Assembly: GCA_051362555.1 (NCBI GenBank)
Contig: CM120641.1
Coordinates: 15,314,001-15,378,000 of the forward strand
Length of the DNA stretch: 64,000 nt
Direction of reading: 5' to 3'
From: Lingula anatina
Lineage: Eukaryota > Animalia > Brachiopoda
Shown: positions 27,533-40,848 of the stretch, one piece after another
Numbering within the stretch: position 1 is the first letter of the stretch
Layout of the letters: every line of letters begins with the position of its first letter
The notes under the pieces: model-generated
Database searches by the model: none
Told to the model about the DNA's origin: nothing
The model's input: only the letters and a program-made list of their open reading frames with translations
Made by a program: the position numbers and the translations under genes

Positions 27533-28030
27533 TGCAAGGATTTAAATTTTGAGTTCGCCTAAAGCTAAACGGCCGTTTGCAACAGAGCGTCGCAGGAATT
27601 ACGTCATCACCTCGTGTTTACGTCATTGCCAAAAACACTTTGAAGTACATGTATACCATTTACTTTTGTCGAAATAATCGAAGGTGCAACGTTCTTTTTG
27701 GTATTTTTTTCTGTCAGTTCTTCTCTTTCAAATAAAAAAATCTATTCATTTGTTTTTTAAACATTTATTTTTACCCAAGTATAGCCAAAACAACTTGCAA
27801 GATGCATATCAAAATTATTAGGCCTATATGATTACATAGCACCCTCTGCTCAGACGTTACCTGTATCTCGGGAAAATCCCCGACTTTATTACATTTGTCA
27901 TCTTAATATTTTAAAGCTTTGGAGTGGCAACAGGTTGCTCGTAAAATATAGTTTAATATTGTGTCTTTCTGCTGGTAGCAAACTGCCAGTGTGTCAGGCT
28001 CGAGATAAACTGATATTTTCGTCGTAAAAT
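27533..28030. promoter_or_regulatory. Short divergent (bidirectional) promoter region with two CRE/ATF-like sites and a kappaB-like site
   Basis: The two ATGs are about 500 bp apart head-to-head; TTACGTCAT at 27599 and 27618; GGGAAAATCCCC at 27870-27881. Confidence 0.5.
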
Positions 28031-30028
28031 ATGGCTGGCAGTGCTTCAGGTCCTTCACTGCCATTTAGGCTTTTTCTTCTACTCATAGTAATTGGAGGTG
28101 TCTCCATAATGGTCATGATGATGAGGACAGCGTCTTTGAAAACAGTTAAAATTGCTTATCATGCCTCGTGGTTTAATTACATCAACATTCTTACTGAATC
28201 CTGGAGGAGGATGGAAGCAGTTGTTATGGGCAATGAGACGATTCTGTATAATTTAGCCGATCTTCCTGCTGCTCTTCGGATGGATGAAGAATTGGCTGAA
28301 GAAATAATGACCAGTACTTTTAACCCTAGAGTACTGTACCATGACCCGAACTTTATGAAAGCAGTGTCTAAGATGGATTTGGAACTAAATACATCAAAAT
28401 CACCCCGCACCCCTAACTTGTCTGATTGCCCGGACTTGCCAAAGGTACCGTCGTATGTGAAACCCTACGACGGTTGGATTCCAGTTCATAAGGAAGTCAA
28501 CGAAAAACCATCGAAGTCTAAATCCAAAATACCAATTACGTCAGATGTAAATGAAACACACTACATCTTCCAAGCCTACTATGACAACAGAGAAAACGCA
28601 CGTCTGGTTCGGGTGCTGTCATTTTCGACATCTGCAGGATTGAGACCACTTTTCTATTGTCAGCTATGGTTCACAGATCCAGAAACACGGGTTACTTACA
28701 ATCGGGTGGTTCGTGGAGAGAAGAAATTTCTATACAGAAAATGCGAACACATGTAAGTGGTATTCAGTTTAATTAGCCAGCATTCTTTAAACTCTTCGTT
28801 CATTTGATAAATATCTCATATTAGTTCTGAAATAATCTCTAAAACAATTGAAATCTAGAGAGGAGGGTAGCTATGTTTCCTCCATTCTTTTTCTTAATTG
28901 CAAATTTCTAGGAAGACGGTGTCACAAAATTATAATTGCAATACATGTATGCTCTGCTTCTATAAAAATTCACGACAGATGTTGATCATATGGAATCAAG
29001 TTGATCAAAATATTATAAAATATATTAATCGTCCTCCAAAAGAGTTCACTCTAATGACATCGATTTCCAGGTACTTTCCTCTGTTCATCAACTGTAAAGT
29101 CGACAAAGAACACCCGATTCCATACGCAGTATCTATTGTCCTGGAACGCTGCATCATGCCGTACAATATTCTTATGGTAGTGGACACCACGAAACAACCG
29201 GAAAAGAAGGACAATGTGGGCATCTGTGTAAAACCAATGAATGGACCATATCAGAGTAGCACCAGGATGGTGGAATTTATTGAAGTAAATAAGATGTTTG
29301 GGGCAGAACATCTCATAATTTACGACTACGCCCACAATAAATCGCTTTTCTTGCCCATCATCAGGCACTACGTGAGTAGAAGAGTGATTTCGGTGATCCC
29401 CTGGTCGCTGCCCCCCTCTTCACGAAAAATAGCACAACGGCATGACCCTAATTTCTTGTCTTGGATTATAAGGTGTGGACTAATTGCTTCGTCAACCGAC
29501 TGCTTGTACAGGAGCATGGCACGATTCAGGTACGTGGCATTCGTAGACATGGATGAATATATCGTGCCACGCTCGAACATTTCACTGAAAGACATGATCC
29601 GAGCTCTCCCGAAGGGACACGCTGTGTATTCTTTTCAAAATCGTTTATTTGACTTGGACTGGCTTCCAAAACCACAGGCTCTGCAAGCTCTTCAGACAGA
29701 TTCTCGAATGTTCAGGTACGCTCCGAAAACACTGATGGTGACGGAATCAGGGGCGCCAAACGATACGCTAGCCCTTAAATATATAATGCAACCGAAGTCA
29801 GCTTGGGCAATACGACTTCATCAGCCTCTTTTATTGAATGACAATGGGACGCGTTTTACAGTACCAAGTAATCTTGGTCTGCTGCACCAATATCGCTTTC
29901 AAGTGTCTAAAAATTCCAATGTACAGCTGAAAAGGGAAATCGATCCATACATGTTGAAATTCAAGGAAAGCATCCTTTCAAGAATCGATGGAATTTTTAA
30001 TAAAACTCGAGCTACTGTGACATTGTAA
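28031..30028 (+). CDS. Glycosyltransferase family 92 (DUF23; galt-1-like) type II membrane protein, about 559 aa, 2 exons
   Basis: Exons 28031-28752 (AT|gtaagt) and 29071-30028 (ccag|G). N-terminal TM helix; FQAYYDNR, YCQLWF, GICVKP, VEFIE...GAEH, DCLYR, YVAFVDMDEYIVP motifs. Confidence 0.9.
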
Positions 30029-31133
30029 ATTAGAAGCCCTTTAATTGGGTTCTGAATGTAAGCATCAGTCAGCGTTTACAAAACGCCGTCATAAAAAGGA
30101 GATGACTGCTCATAAGGAATGTTTTTTTTTTTTTTTACTTTTTTTTTACTTTTTATTTGCCCAATTCCAAAAACAGAATGCTGATTGGTAGTATGCCATT
30201 CAGCAATCTTCTCATTTGCATGTGCAGTTTCATATCAGAAAAATTCGTTTATAAACTATCACTGTAGAAAAAAATCGAAATGCATTCATCTTCCCCTCTC
30301 TATGAAATATTACATTGAAAGAGATTAAGTAGTGTACGAAATAACTTTATTCTTACCATTATACAAGGTGCACATGAATCAATATTCAATGCATGGCAAA
30401 GAGCTGTCCTTTCACCTCTCACAAAATTAGTCTTATGCACGTTGTTTATTAGGCTTCTCTATCGCATTTTGTGTTGCTATTGCATTGATTCTGAATGAAT
30501 TTCAGGGTCTTTTATTTCCACTCTTGCAGCCCCGTTAGCGTAAAAAAAAAGAGAAATAGAGAGCGGAGAGTAAAATTTTATCACTCAGAATTTTTTCTTT
30601 ATCACAGCAGAGTAAGTCGACAGCAATACTTACAAGAATATCTAGTGTCTAATACCCAATGCAAGCCATGTCACTCTAAGCAAAAAAGTTCAAAACCAGA
30701 TTTCAAATTAAACTAGTTTTAATTATGATTTACCGGTATTTATTCTTTTTTATGTCAGATATTTGGCGAATTACTGTATATTACGCCACGTTAAGTCTTG
30801 TCATCGATGAAATATATACCATATGTACATTTTTAAAAAGCATATTTCCAATATTCTAAAATGTGAAATCCAGTGCACACAAGCAACCCATAGCTGAAGG
30901 TTCCAGAAGTCCATTGCATAACACCCTCTACTAAAACGATACAGGCCACTCATTTAAGTCGACTTGAATCGTAAAATGAATCTGGTAAAATATCAAAGAT
31001 CATCTCAGAGCATATGGCTGTATTGTTCTTTCCGCCCATGAAACATATACTAGGTCACCCTTGCATCTCACTTCAAACTTATCTACATAGTTAGGCTATG
31101 CACTCAATATTTCATATGGTGACCCGCACCGTG

Positions 31134-34067
31134 CTATTGAGTAGCGGCTGCATAACCAGCGTTTATGTGCTTAATACAAAATTGGTAAAGTTTTCTGAGA
31201 TTATCATCGGCTGACTCTGTGAATCTATCTCCTAGTACTTCTTTTGCGGCTTCCATAAACGACTCTTCCATTTCCTGGAAAGAAAAAAAGAGGCATAAGA
31301 TAAATGTGATTGGCCGCCATCATTCCTGAAGAGTGAAATTGTTCTCAATGTGACAGAAAAAATCGAATCTAACTGACAGTTATAATAATAATAATAATAA
31401 GAAAAAACTGCTGATGAATTTTGACATTCCATTTGGTAATATTGAATTTATTCATAATTTCAGTTTTCTTGGTTACTATAAGTGAGTTCTGTGTCTTTCA
31501 ACCTGAGATTACGCTACGTGTTCTCACAATTTGGCAGAAAAAGAAAATAAAAAGGATATAAAACTTCTGGTATTTAAAATAACATGAGTGCAAATGTTAT
31601 GGGTCTAGGCGTACTTAGTTCCGCTTTAGTCTAAAAATGTGAGTTTTTGGAACACGAAAAATACAAATTTAAAAATATAGATATCTTATGAATATGTTGA
31701 CTAAATATGTACAGAACATACATTCAAATGCATACTGGAATTGGAATGTAAGTAGTTGCACAATACACATTCCAATGAAGCAAAAATCAAATAAAAATCA
31801 CAACTATATTTAAAATTTAAAAAACAATAATGCCATATTAAAATAAAATGAAACATAAACCCTTATTAAAAAAGGTGTCCTTAGTACCGAGAACATTTCT
31901 GGTTTGAATCCCTCTATTCGAGCATGTTGTTTTCCAGTAGAATGCAGTATATCTATGGCGTTATCTACATTGCAGTCGATGTATTCCATAACCTCATCGA
32001 ATATATTAAATATCCTTAAAGACTGATCCTCGAAAGCGTCTGAAGTTTGCATAATTTCTTCATCCATATCCTTCAGCTGAGGGAACATTGCTTGGTACTC
32101 CCTATGCTTTCGGAAGAATCTGGAATAATGACATATGCGTTTTAAATAATGTAATATTTTTAAATAATGCAATTTGGGAAATCACGCAACAGCATGATGT
32201 AAAATGCATTTGTTGACCGAGTCTGGGTTTAGTTCAGTCAGTTTTAGTTTATCAACAAGAGAAAAAAACAATCCCATTTTCCAAAAAAGCCAATTAATTA
32301 ATCATCAGAAAGGTAATCCTTAACTGTTATTTTCAGATAACGCACCAGGTGGAGTTCTGGACACATAGGTGACGAGTGATTTGAGAGAAGAATTAAACGT
32401 ATTCATTTGTTGGGTAGGGTATCACTTTACTTGTCTTCAATCCTACGGGAATAGGAGTAGGTCCCTCACTGATAAGATGCGTTGCAAACTAATCATTTAC
32501 GTCGCCCAGTGTTACCATCTTGATCAGTCTTAATATTTTATTGCATATAGTTTCGTTTACCTTACCTATTCACAATGTAATCACGTCAAAATCGTTATGA
32601 ATGTATAAATTGTCTAAAAGACTTTTTGCAGAGTGAATACGTGAATATGTTAAATGTTAACACGTGACATATTATTGTATTTTGTAACTGTTAAGTAATA
32701 GCTTATGTAAAAACGTGCTAGAACAAATAATATTATAATGACGTCGTATTATGTTCTAAATCTCATATTCTACAATATTATATATCTACGCCTTTCTCCA
32801 AGCATCTTTCTCACAATATTTTGCGTGCATGGTTTGGAATATTATGCCAGCCATATTATATTAAAAGGTGACTGAAAAGTATTTTAACATGGTGAAAACA
32901 ATGCTTTACTAACAGGTATTACAGATCACATTCCAAAAGGTACAATAAAATGACAGGAGAGTCATATGAGAGAATGAAAAATTTAAGTGGGTACTTTAAT
33001 TAAATGTGAAACTGACAGTCATTTTTTATTAAATGGCAGAGAATCTATGGTGCGCATTTTTTTTATTAAATTAACCCGCCATAATGAAAACAAAAGAGCA
33101 ATAGCACAGATGAAGTGGTAAAAACGTAATCAGAGAAAGATGGATTGTCGAGTGACAGATGTCGTGATTATCGCTAGGAAACATACATTTTCGCTAGTCT
33201 CAGTCACATTGAATGATGGTAATATTACACGGATCAGATGAAATGTGAGACAAATTTTATATGCGGATTATTCTTAAGACCCACCAAAATGACAAGATAA
33301 ATAATGATAATTAGGATAACCCGATATTAGAGTTGTTTTACCGCCACACACCATTACGAATGAAAATAATTAGCCTCTTACATATATTCTGTACTTGTTT
33401 TATGACATATACTCTAAACGTAAATTAGTAAATTGTCTTTATCTTCTACATTGAAATATACCAACTAAATAATACAACCATCTTAATGACCCAACTGAGA
33501 CAAATTTAACTAGTGCAAGGAACAATTCCATGCACTAGTTAAATTTGGGCTCATTTGCAATACCAAAACGTCTACGGTCTCTATCCGTAACCAAGTTTGT
33601 CGAGATTGATTGACTTGTTGTCACACAGTCAAAATATTAGTATCCTTTGAATGTTGCACGCGGAAGAAGAATGAACTGGATTGTTTTGATTTTGGAAAAT
33701 TGGATGCTAGTTGGTATCTCTGCCATCTTCCAGACAGTCTCTAATAATAATTCTCCCGTTATTTCAAGTAAAGACTTGATTTCCGGGAGGACCCTATCAA
33801 AATAGATGAGTTTACCTATAGGGATGCACGTAACCCGACTTTACTGCATACTATAAACCGATCAATAGCGACCGCTGACTGCAACCTCACTCACCGCATT
33901 AAGTTGTCCTTTGCAGTGTCTTCTAACTTCCTGTTGATAGCTTTCCATGAATTCTTTAAATTAAACACTTGGCGATAGGTGGTATAGGGGAGTCGAGGGT
34001 CCACCTTCCGTGGAGGCTCGTCATAGTGATTATCCAAGCCTCCGTCGCTGGAAGACGAACAACCCAT
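31134..34067 (-). CDS. N-acylated globin (globin X-like / neuroglobin-like), about 181 aa, 3 exons
   Basis: Exons 34067-33895, 32119-31888, 31274-31134; introns at canonical B12.2 and G7.0. Starts MGCSSS; LKNSW (A helix), CD1 Phe (AMFPQL), proximal His (GKQHAR), KEVLGDRFT. Confidence 0.92.
33501..33547. repeat. Short inverted repeat (hairpin) in globin intron 1
   Basis: caaatttaactagtgca ... tgcactagttaaatttg: perfect 17-bp arms, continued by ggaa/ttcc. Confidence 0.85.
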
Positions 34068-35507
34068 GTGGTCCTGATCTACTGCTTGGAAGACTGAATG
34101 TGACTGAACTACTTAGTAAGCCCTTCGCTAATGCCGTGCCACACACAAGCAATTGCTTTGATTGAACTCAAGTCCTGTCAATTAGTTCGAAACAGATCGA
34201 AATCGATGAATATTCTTGTTGTGGAATGAAAGACTATCTGTGTGTTGCCTCAAAAACCGTGCTCACAAACCAATGAACAAAATGCAAAAAAAAAGTAAGC
34301 ACGAACAGTCTTGTCATAAAATCGCTTCGTCAATCTCACAAGACGTTCCTTTAAAGAAATAGTCTTTAAGTCCATTAAAGTTTGCCAACAACACTGCCTT
34401 GACTACCGTCTCTACTACTCAGGTTATCTGACAATGGGCGGCAAACAGTGCAGCTCACTGCATCCCCACTTTTCCATACTGCCAATAAATATCAATATGG
34501 TTACCAAATATACTGTCAACACCACGGTCAATTGAACAGTTGTTTACATCGACTGAACGTTTAGGGTATTTAGTCTGTATTTAAGAATGCCGTCCCAATA
34601 TTTGCGTTTCTAGACGCATGTGTGTCGGGCTCGTTTGCCGTGTTGCTATATGGTCAATGCATTGTTCGGAGGATGTGTTTGGCTATGACGTCTGTGATCA
34701 TTGTACTAGCATTGATTTCTGACACGTTAAGAAAATACCCATGTCCTTTATTTAGGATCCATTACAGCTCATAGCTTCAGCTTTTCCATCTTATGAAAAT
34801 ATTTTAGTTTACAATTTCATGTCTTACGAGATTACATGTTTGTATGTATGTGATTATGCTAGAAGTCGAAAAGTGAGAACTATCTATTCTGTTGGCAGTG
34901 AATTTTTTCATCGGATGATCGATATACAATCACATTAACGTATACATTGTATATATATTAATTCGCAATGTCTTCACTGGTGCATATTAATTGGTATTTT
35001 TTTACCACTATTGTATCCTTGGCAATTAACTCTCTGTCTCTCTCTTTCTCAAATAACTCAAAAAACTAACACGCCAATCTTTTACCACCTGCAGTTAACA
35101 GCAAATGTCACCTCTTAGGTGTTATTGTGACTGAAATATGATTTCAGGGTAAGTATTAAATGGCCGGCAGATCAAGGTTGTTGTCTCAATCACCACGAAA
35201 AGACAGGCAACCACTTAAACCTGGAAATGAAATTTTGTATGGGATCACATCAATTAGAAACAGCGAGAGAAGTAGGCCTGCTCAATCCATAGTGCAACCA
35301 AGCCATAAACCAGTGGTACAATAACTAAAATGTCTAAGGGTATGTGAAGTACATGACACAATGCATTTATGTATGTAAGGAGTGGGGTGCTGAGTGACCC
35401 GCCCCATTACCCCTTTCCAAAACACTTTAACGGATTCATCTATATGTAGGGCCTACTCGTCCCTTCCACAAAATAAATGGATATAGATAAGAAGAAGAAG
35501 CAGAAAA

Positions 35508-35559
<52 letters not shown>

Positions 35560-35560
35560 A
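35508..35560. repeat. (AAAG)n microsatellite
   Basis: Read directly from sequence. Confidence 0.95.
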
Positions 35561-38038
35561 ACATGCTGCATGCTTTCAGTACAACAAATCCAACCCATAC
35601 ATTCACTCATTAGATTATTTGTTCATTCAAAAGATTGTCTCCTAACAAAAATCAACTTGGGAAACAAGTTTTGATACAGTACTAGTGTTGTAAATAAATG
35701 AATTCAACATTGGCCATTAAAATAATTTCGCCATTGTGCTTAGTCCCGAACTTTTTTTTTTTGCTTTATTACTTATGAAGTGTTATGCACAAGAGTGACT
35801 TTGAACAGTGTCAAAATGAAGCGCATTTTTCGACTGATACATGTGTAACTATCATAGGGATAACATACTGTACTGTACTGTCATTCTAAAACCTTTTGAA
35901 TTTCGTTTTACGAAAAGAAAGAAAGAAATCAAAATTCCACATCAACAGAAGTTGAGGATAGCGGTAGATGACATACATGTACCTTTACTATTTTGAACAC
36001 GAAAGACCAACTAACGGATCAAACGCACCAGGATGTATGAAGAAATAGGAAGTCAATAATATTGACCTTAAAGGGGAAAGTATCAAAAATGTTTTCACGA
36101 TCCACGAAGTATTTTGAGACAATAATTTTCTTTCTGAGACAATAGACAAAAGTCATACGTCGGAAATCTGGCAGAGATTGCAACATTTCTGGATATCTTC
36201 ATTTTTGGTGATAAGAAGCTTGAAACAAGTATTATTTCCATAGACAAGTCCAGGAGGAAACTTTTTTTTTCTTCAAAAATTTCGCGTTCTGGCACATATG
36301 CCTTCTATGCTGGAAAATTCAGAGATAGTGGTATGCGATTATTTGAAATGTGTTAGCTGTGCTGTGGAAAGCAATGCTGTGCAACATGGTGCCAGAGAAA
36401 AATAAATAGACACGACCAAGTTTGCGAAAAAAAAAGGAGAAATTAAATGGAATTGAAGCCAAGAAGCCTGCCTCCTACCTTATTTCATTCATATTCATTT
36501 TTTGCAATCAATTTCCATTGCATTGATATTTCATATTCTATTTATATTCAGGAAATCCTAAAAAGCGCCCCTGTGGGCTGCACCGTGGTAATATTGTTGT
36601 GGTATATAGCCAGTAAAGTAATGTAATGCAAAGTTTAGTAATTCAAACGTGAACATCATGCTGATAAAAGCCTTCAGTTATTTTAACAGATAAATGGTGC
36701 TCAGAATTTTGTCAAATTTTATGACATAAAGCAGGTCTTACACTGCTGAAGGTGGGTGCGGTCGGTAACTGTACTGTATCCAAGGGCTATGATGTTATAG
36801 TCTGAAATATTGCAAACCAGGAGAAACGAAACAGCCCGTTCGTTAACTTCAAAACTGTAGAGTCACGTCATGCCCCCTCTCTACCGCAATTCTTTTAAAT
36901 TCTACAACATCATTAGATCTAACAACATTAAGAGACTGAAGTTTTAACTGGTTTCAAATATTTGGGATTTGAATATCACGAGTACCAGCAAGGAGGCAGC
37001 AGAAACAGAGCTTGGGCAATTGACCACGTCACTTTTGGGATTTTAATCTTAAAAGACTGGTACAAAGATAGGATGCCATAAGAATAATGCCGTGTTTACT
37101 TTTTATATCCAAGACCTGAAGGTACAATTTTACATTAAAGGTATGCATGACTTACTTCTTTTTTTCCTTGGGGGGGGATTTTGAAATTGCACATTTTAAG
37201 CAGTTCTACATTGTTGAAAAGGAGATTTAAAGAATCAAAACAATGTTCAATGTTTATTTTTACATTGAAAACTGAGATTTTGAAAGAAATTCTAAGAATT
37301 TATTTTATATGATAATGCTAAAACATGTTTGGACACAAAATGCCTACAATTATATTTTGATAATTCATGTTATTTCAGGTACAATGCTACATTTAAAAAA
37401 AATTGAGTAGGCTTAATAATCATTCTATAATCTCATAAACACTATATAAATGACTGCATAATGGATGCAGATACAAACAGCACCTGTTCTCAAACAAATG
37501 TTTTAAAAACAAATCAAAAACTTGGATAATGGTAATACAAAAAATGTGATAATCACAAAACCTGAGTTTAAACAATCAACAGCTAATATCTGTTGTCTTA
37601 ACAGTGATTGGGAATGTAAATTAGTGTTTTGGTCAGGAGCAAAACTGTTAGAAACCAGTCTAACAGGAAGTCTATCTAATGAGAGATGGATAAGCATATG
37701 AAAACTAAGAAAATCATAAAATGTCAACATTAGCTCTAATATGTGACTAGCTCTCATAAAATTATTCATTGAACATTCAATTGAGAAACATATTACACAA
37801 ATTTCAATTTTGTTGACTTCTACTTATTCAAAAATGTAAAACTGAAATAAGTCAAGTTTTATAATGCTGTCTAATAACAATGGTACAGTTCGCCAGTCAT
37901 TTGCACAGGTTTCATAGGAGTGGTATTTCTCTACTATTCAAATTATAACACTCACATTCTTTAATTTAACATATGCAAACCAATGCTTAAACCTGTGTTT
38001 CTTGTTATTTTATCACAGTTCAAGGCTGATAATATTGG

Positions 38039-40196
38039 TTAACTGCACATATGAGGAGCATGCTGTATCCTGTATATAAAGATCTCGCTCCCGGCAGCAT
38101 GCCAATAAAAGAAAGCTGCTACTACAATAACATGCCACCACTGATGACTGGAGCCGATGTAATCAACTTTACCTGGAAAAGAAAAGAAAAAATGCATGAG
38201 TTAGTTTAACGTTCAATAATTTGAAAATAGTTACAACAAAATATCTCTGATTAATCATACAACATCTCTACCTATATATTTTCCAAATATCAGGACAGTT
38301 TCATAAAAGAACTTAAGTAAGATCACTGATTATTTTGTGGCACTGAATTGTTATAAAAACTTACCTGGAAAATATCTTTCAGGAAACTTTGTCAAGTAAA
38401 AGCCGAGTGCCGACATTCCAAAAAAGTACATAATTACCACTTTTGGTATAAACATCTGCAAGTAAAATGAAAATCAAAACCAAAATATAATAAATGAAAT
38501 CTGGCAACAAATTATAGTGGGACATAAATGTTAAGCACAAATTTTACCTATGAAATTATGTATATTACTTAAGGAAAGCTCAGATATTCTAACCTATAAT
38601 GATTATCCTAAGTATTCAGTTAATTCAAACTACCCAGTGTCCATAATTCTACCTACTTGCAAAATCAGAAGACATTTACCACTTGTATTTTAAGTTTTTA
38701 AAAACATAGCTAATATTAATAAAGAATGATAAATAATCTTATTCTCATTCTTTTACAACTACTACTACTACTTGTACTACTACTATGCTAGCATCAGTAA
38801 TGATTTCCTTCAATGAAAAGCATTTATCACCCTTTGAAAACATTAGTACAAATTATCTATTTTATGGCTCAGACCAACTAGCATAAAAGTAAATATAATA
38901 ATAAAATAAAAATTATCAAAAATAATTTGTCCCTTGAATAATAATAAAACAAATTTTGTTCTGATCAGGAAATACTGATGCATGCTTAAAGTCTTAGAGA
39001 AATATTTACCTGAACCATCTCTTCTTCCCATCCACCACTCAGATATATCCAGTGGATGGTAGGAATAATTCCATAAGCAGCTAGACAACAGTACAATATT
39101 AACCTTTTTGTCCACCAGTGTGGAGAGAATGAGCGAGGGTGAAGCTGTGTAAATAATACTGCTGCTGATAAGATTGCCACTGTAAAAAGGTAAATGTCTC
39201 GCCATATCTGTAATTCAAAACAGAGACTTGTCACATTTCTAATGCAAAACCATACCCCTTCTCTACATGACTTAAATATAAATGAAGATTTTTGCATCAT
39301 AATATATGGTAGTCTTTTATCCATCGTTATCACTGTCACTGCGATGTAGTTATATACTTATTTGTGAACAATTAGGAGCTTCACATTGAATAACATCTGC
39401 AGTACCAAGAGTTGAAGCCAGAGAAGTAAGGACAACTACACAACTACACACACTATACAAACCCCTCCCCCATACAATACTTACAGACAGACAGTAAAAA
39501 GCATAGTGCACTGCAGGTAAGTAGCAGCCAATCAGTCCCACAGAGATCCCAGCCAGGTCTGTCATTAACCAGCGTTTACTGGCTCTCTCTGAATGGCAGT
39601 TGAAGATATGGTACCCAGCAGAGCACAGCATACAAAACTGGAAATAAACTAGAGTTTCTGAGAGGCAGGGACCACCTACTTGATATGTGCTTGATAGTGG
39701 GTCAAATTTTTATCAGAGTCATTCTGGGATCCCTTAGTTAGATGCCAAATCCTGGGTACCACAAAGTTCTGAAAGTTGGTGTTGTGGTTCAACTGAACAG
39801 GTATCTGACAGTAAATTTGTGAAACTGAGCAAAATTTAACTTGAAATCTATCCTCAATAATCTGTGGTAGTGTTAAAAAAGTACTTTAATTTTTGAGTAT
39901 TATTATAATAATGAAAATCAGTTTATGTGTCTGTGTTTTCTGAGACAACTACAGTAAATGATTCTTACCTGATAACACAAAAGACCTGCAGTAACAATGA
40001 GATGATCAGAGAAGCCTCCACTGTAATGAGGTATCATGACAATGTTGTCCACCAGGGTGCACAAACAAAATATCACAAATCCAATGAGGTGTGACCAGAT
40101 ATTGATGGTTTCATTATTCCAAACAAATAAACTGGAAGGGAAGCAAAAAGCAAAGTTAAGACCAATCCCATTTATCAGTACCAAAAAAAATTTATA

Positions 40197-40227
<31 letters not shown>

Positions 40228-40848
40228 AATATCCATACTGAAAAATGCACATCAACAATGCAAAATTTCATTCTTGATAATATAACTTTAAAAGCACCTA
40301 ATAAACATGATGTTGTATTTATAGCCTTCAACCATTATTTTATATTAAAAGATATATTTGATTACCTCAAAGAAAATAATAAATCAATGCATTTTCTCTG
40401 AGCTGTATCAATGTTTGGTCTGTGTTTGTGAAACAACAAAATATTTGAGCAAATGAAATTGCTTCATAATTATGAAATGTTTACCAATTGAACCAGATCA
40501 TATTGATGCAAAGTTTGGTTAATCTCTTTGTTGACTTTTCATGTCAGTTTAACTATTACATTACTAGTAAGTAGCACCATCCAATTGCATGTACCTTTTT
40601 ATACAGGCATTGGATGAGAGAAATGCTCTGTAACCATCCCTGACATATGGATTTCCTTGCAGAAATTCTGGAACTTCGTTGTATTTATATAGTTGTATGT
40701 CTTCTTTCCCAATAGATGTGCATACAGCTGCCTGGCAGCCACGGTCTATCTCTATGTCCATAAACACATAGACAGTGTCAGCACCACTTGAACTTTGTGA
40801 AACATTTCTACTCTTTAGATTACTTTCATAATCTACTGGCATCCCCAT
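38039..40848 (-). CDS. PAQR3: Progestin and adipoQ receptor family member 3, about 330 aa, 6 coding exons
   Basis: Exons 40848-40595, 40131-39969, 39637-39485, 39207-39010, 38455-38365, 38172-38039, all in phase. FLQGNPYVRDGYR, NETINIWSH, CSAGYHIFNCHSE, DLAGIS, KFPERYFPG, GSSHQWWH. Confidence 0.95.

Noticed and set aside
27111-27545. 144-aa plus-strand ORF, and similar plus-strand ORFs at 51021-52759 and 57032-57280
   Set aside because: Antisense shadows of Lys/Glu-rich coding exons, giving Ser/Phe/Leu-rich translations with no independent support.
28898-29070. N-terminal part of the 376-aa ORF as a separate gene start
   Set aside because: Intronic read-through; the true exon begins at 29071 in phase with exon 28031-28752.
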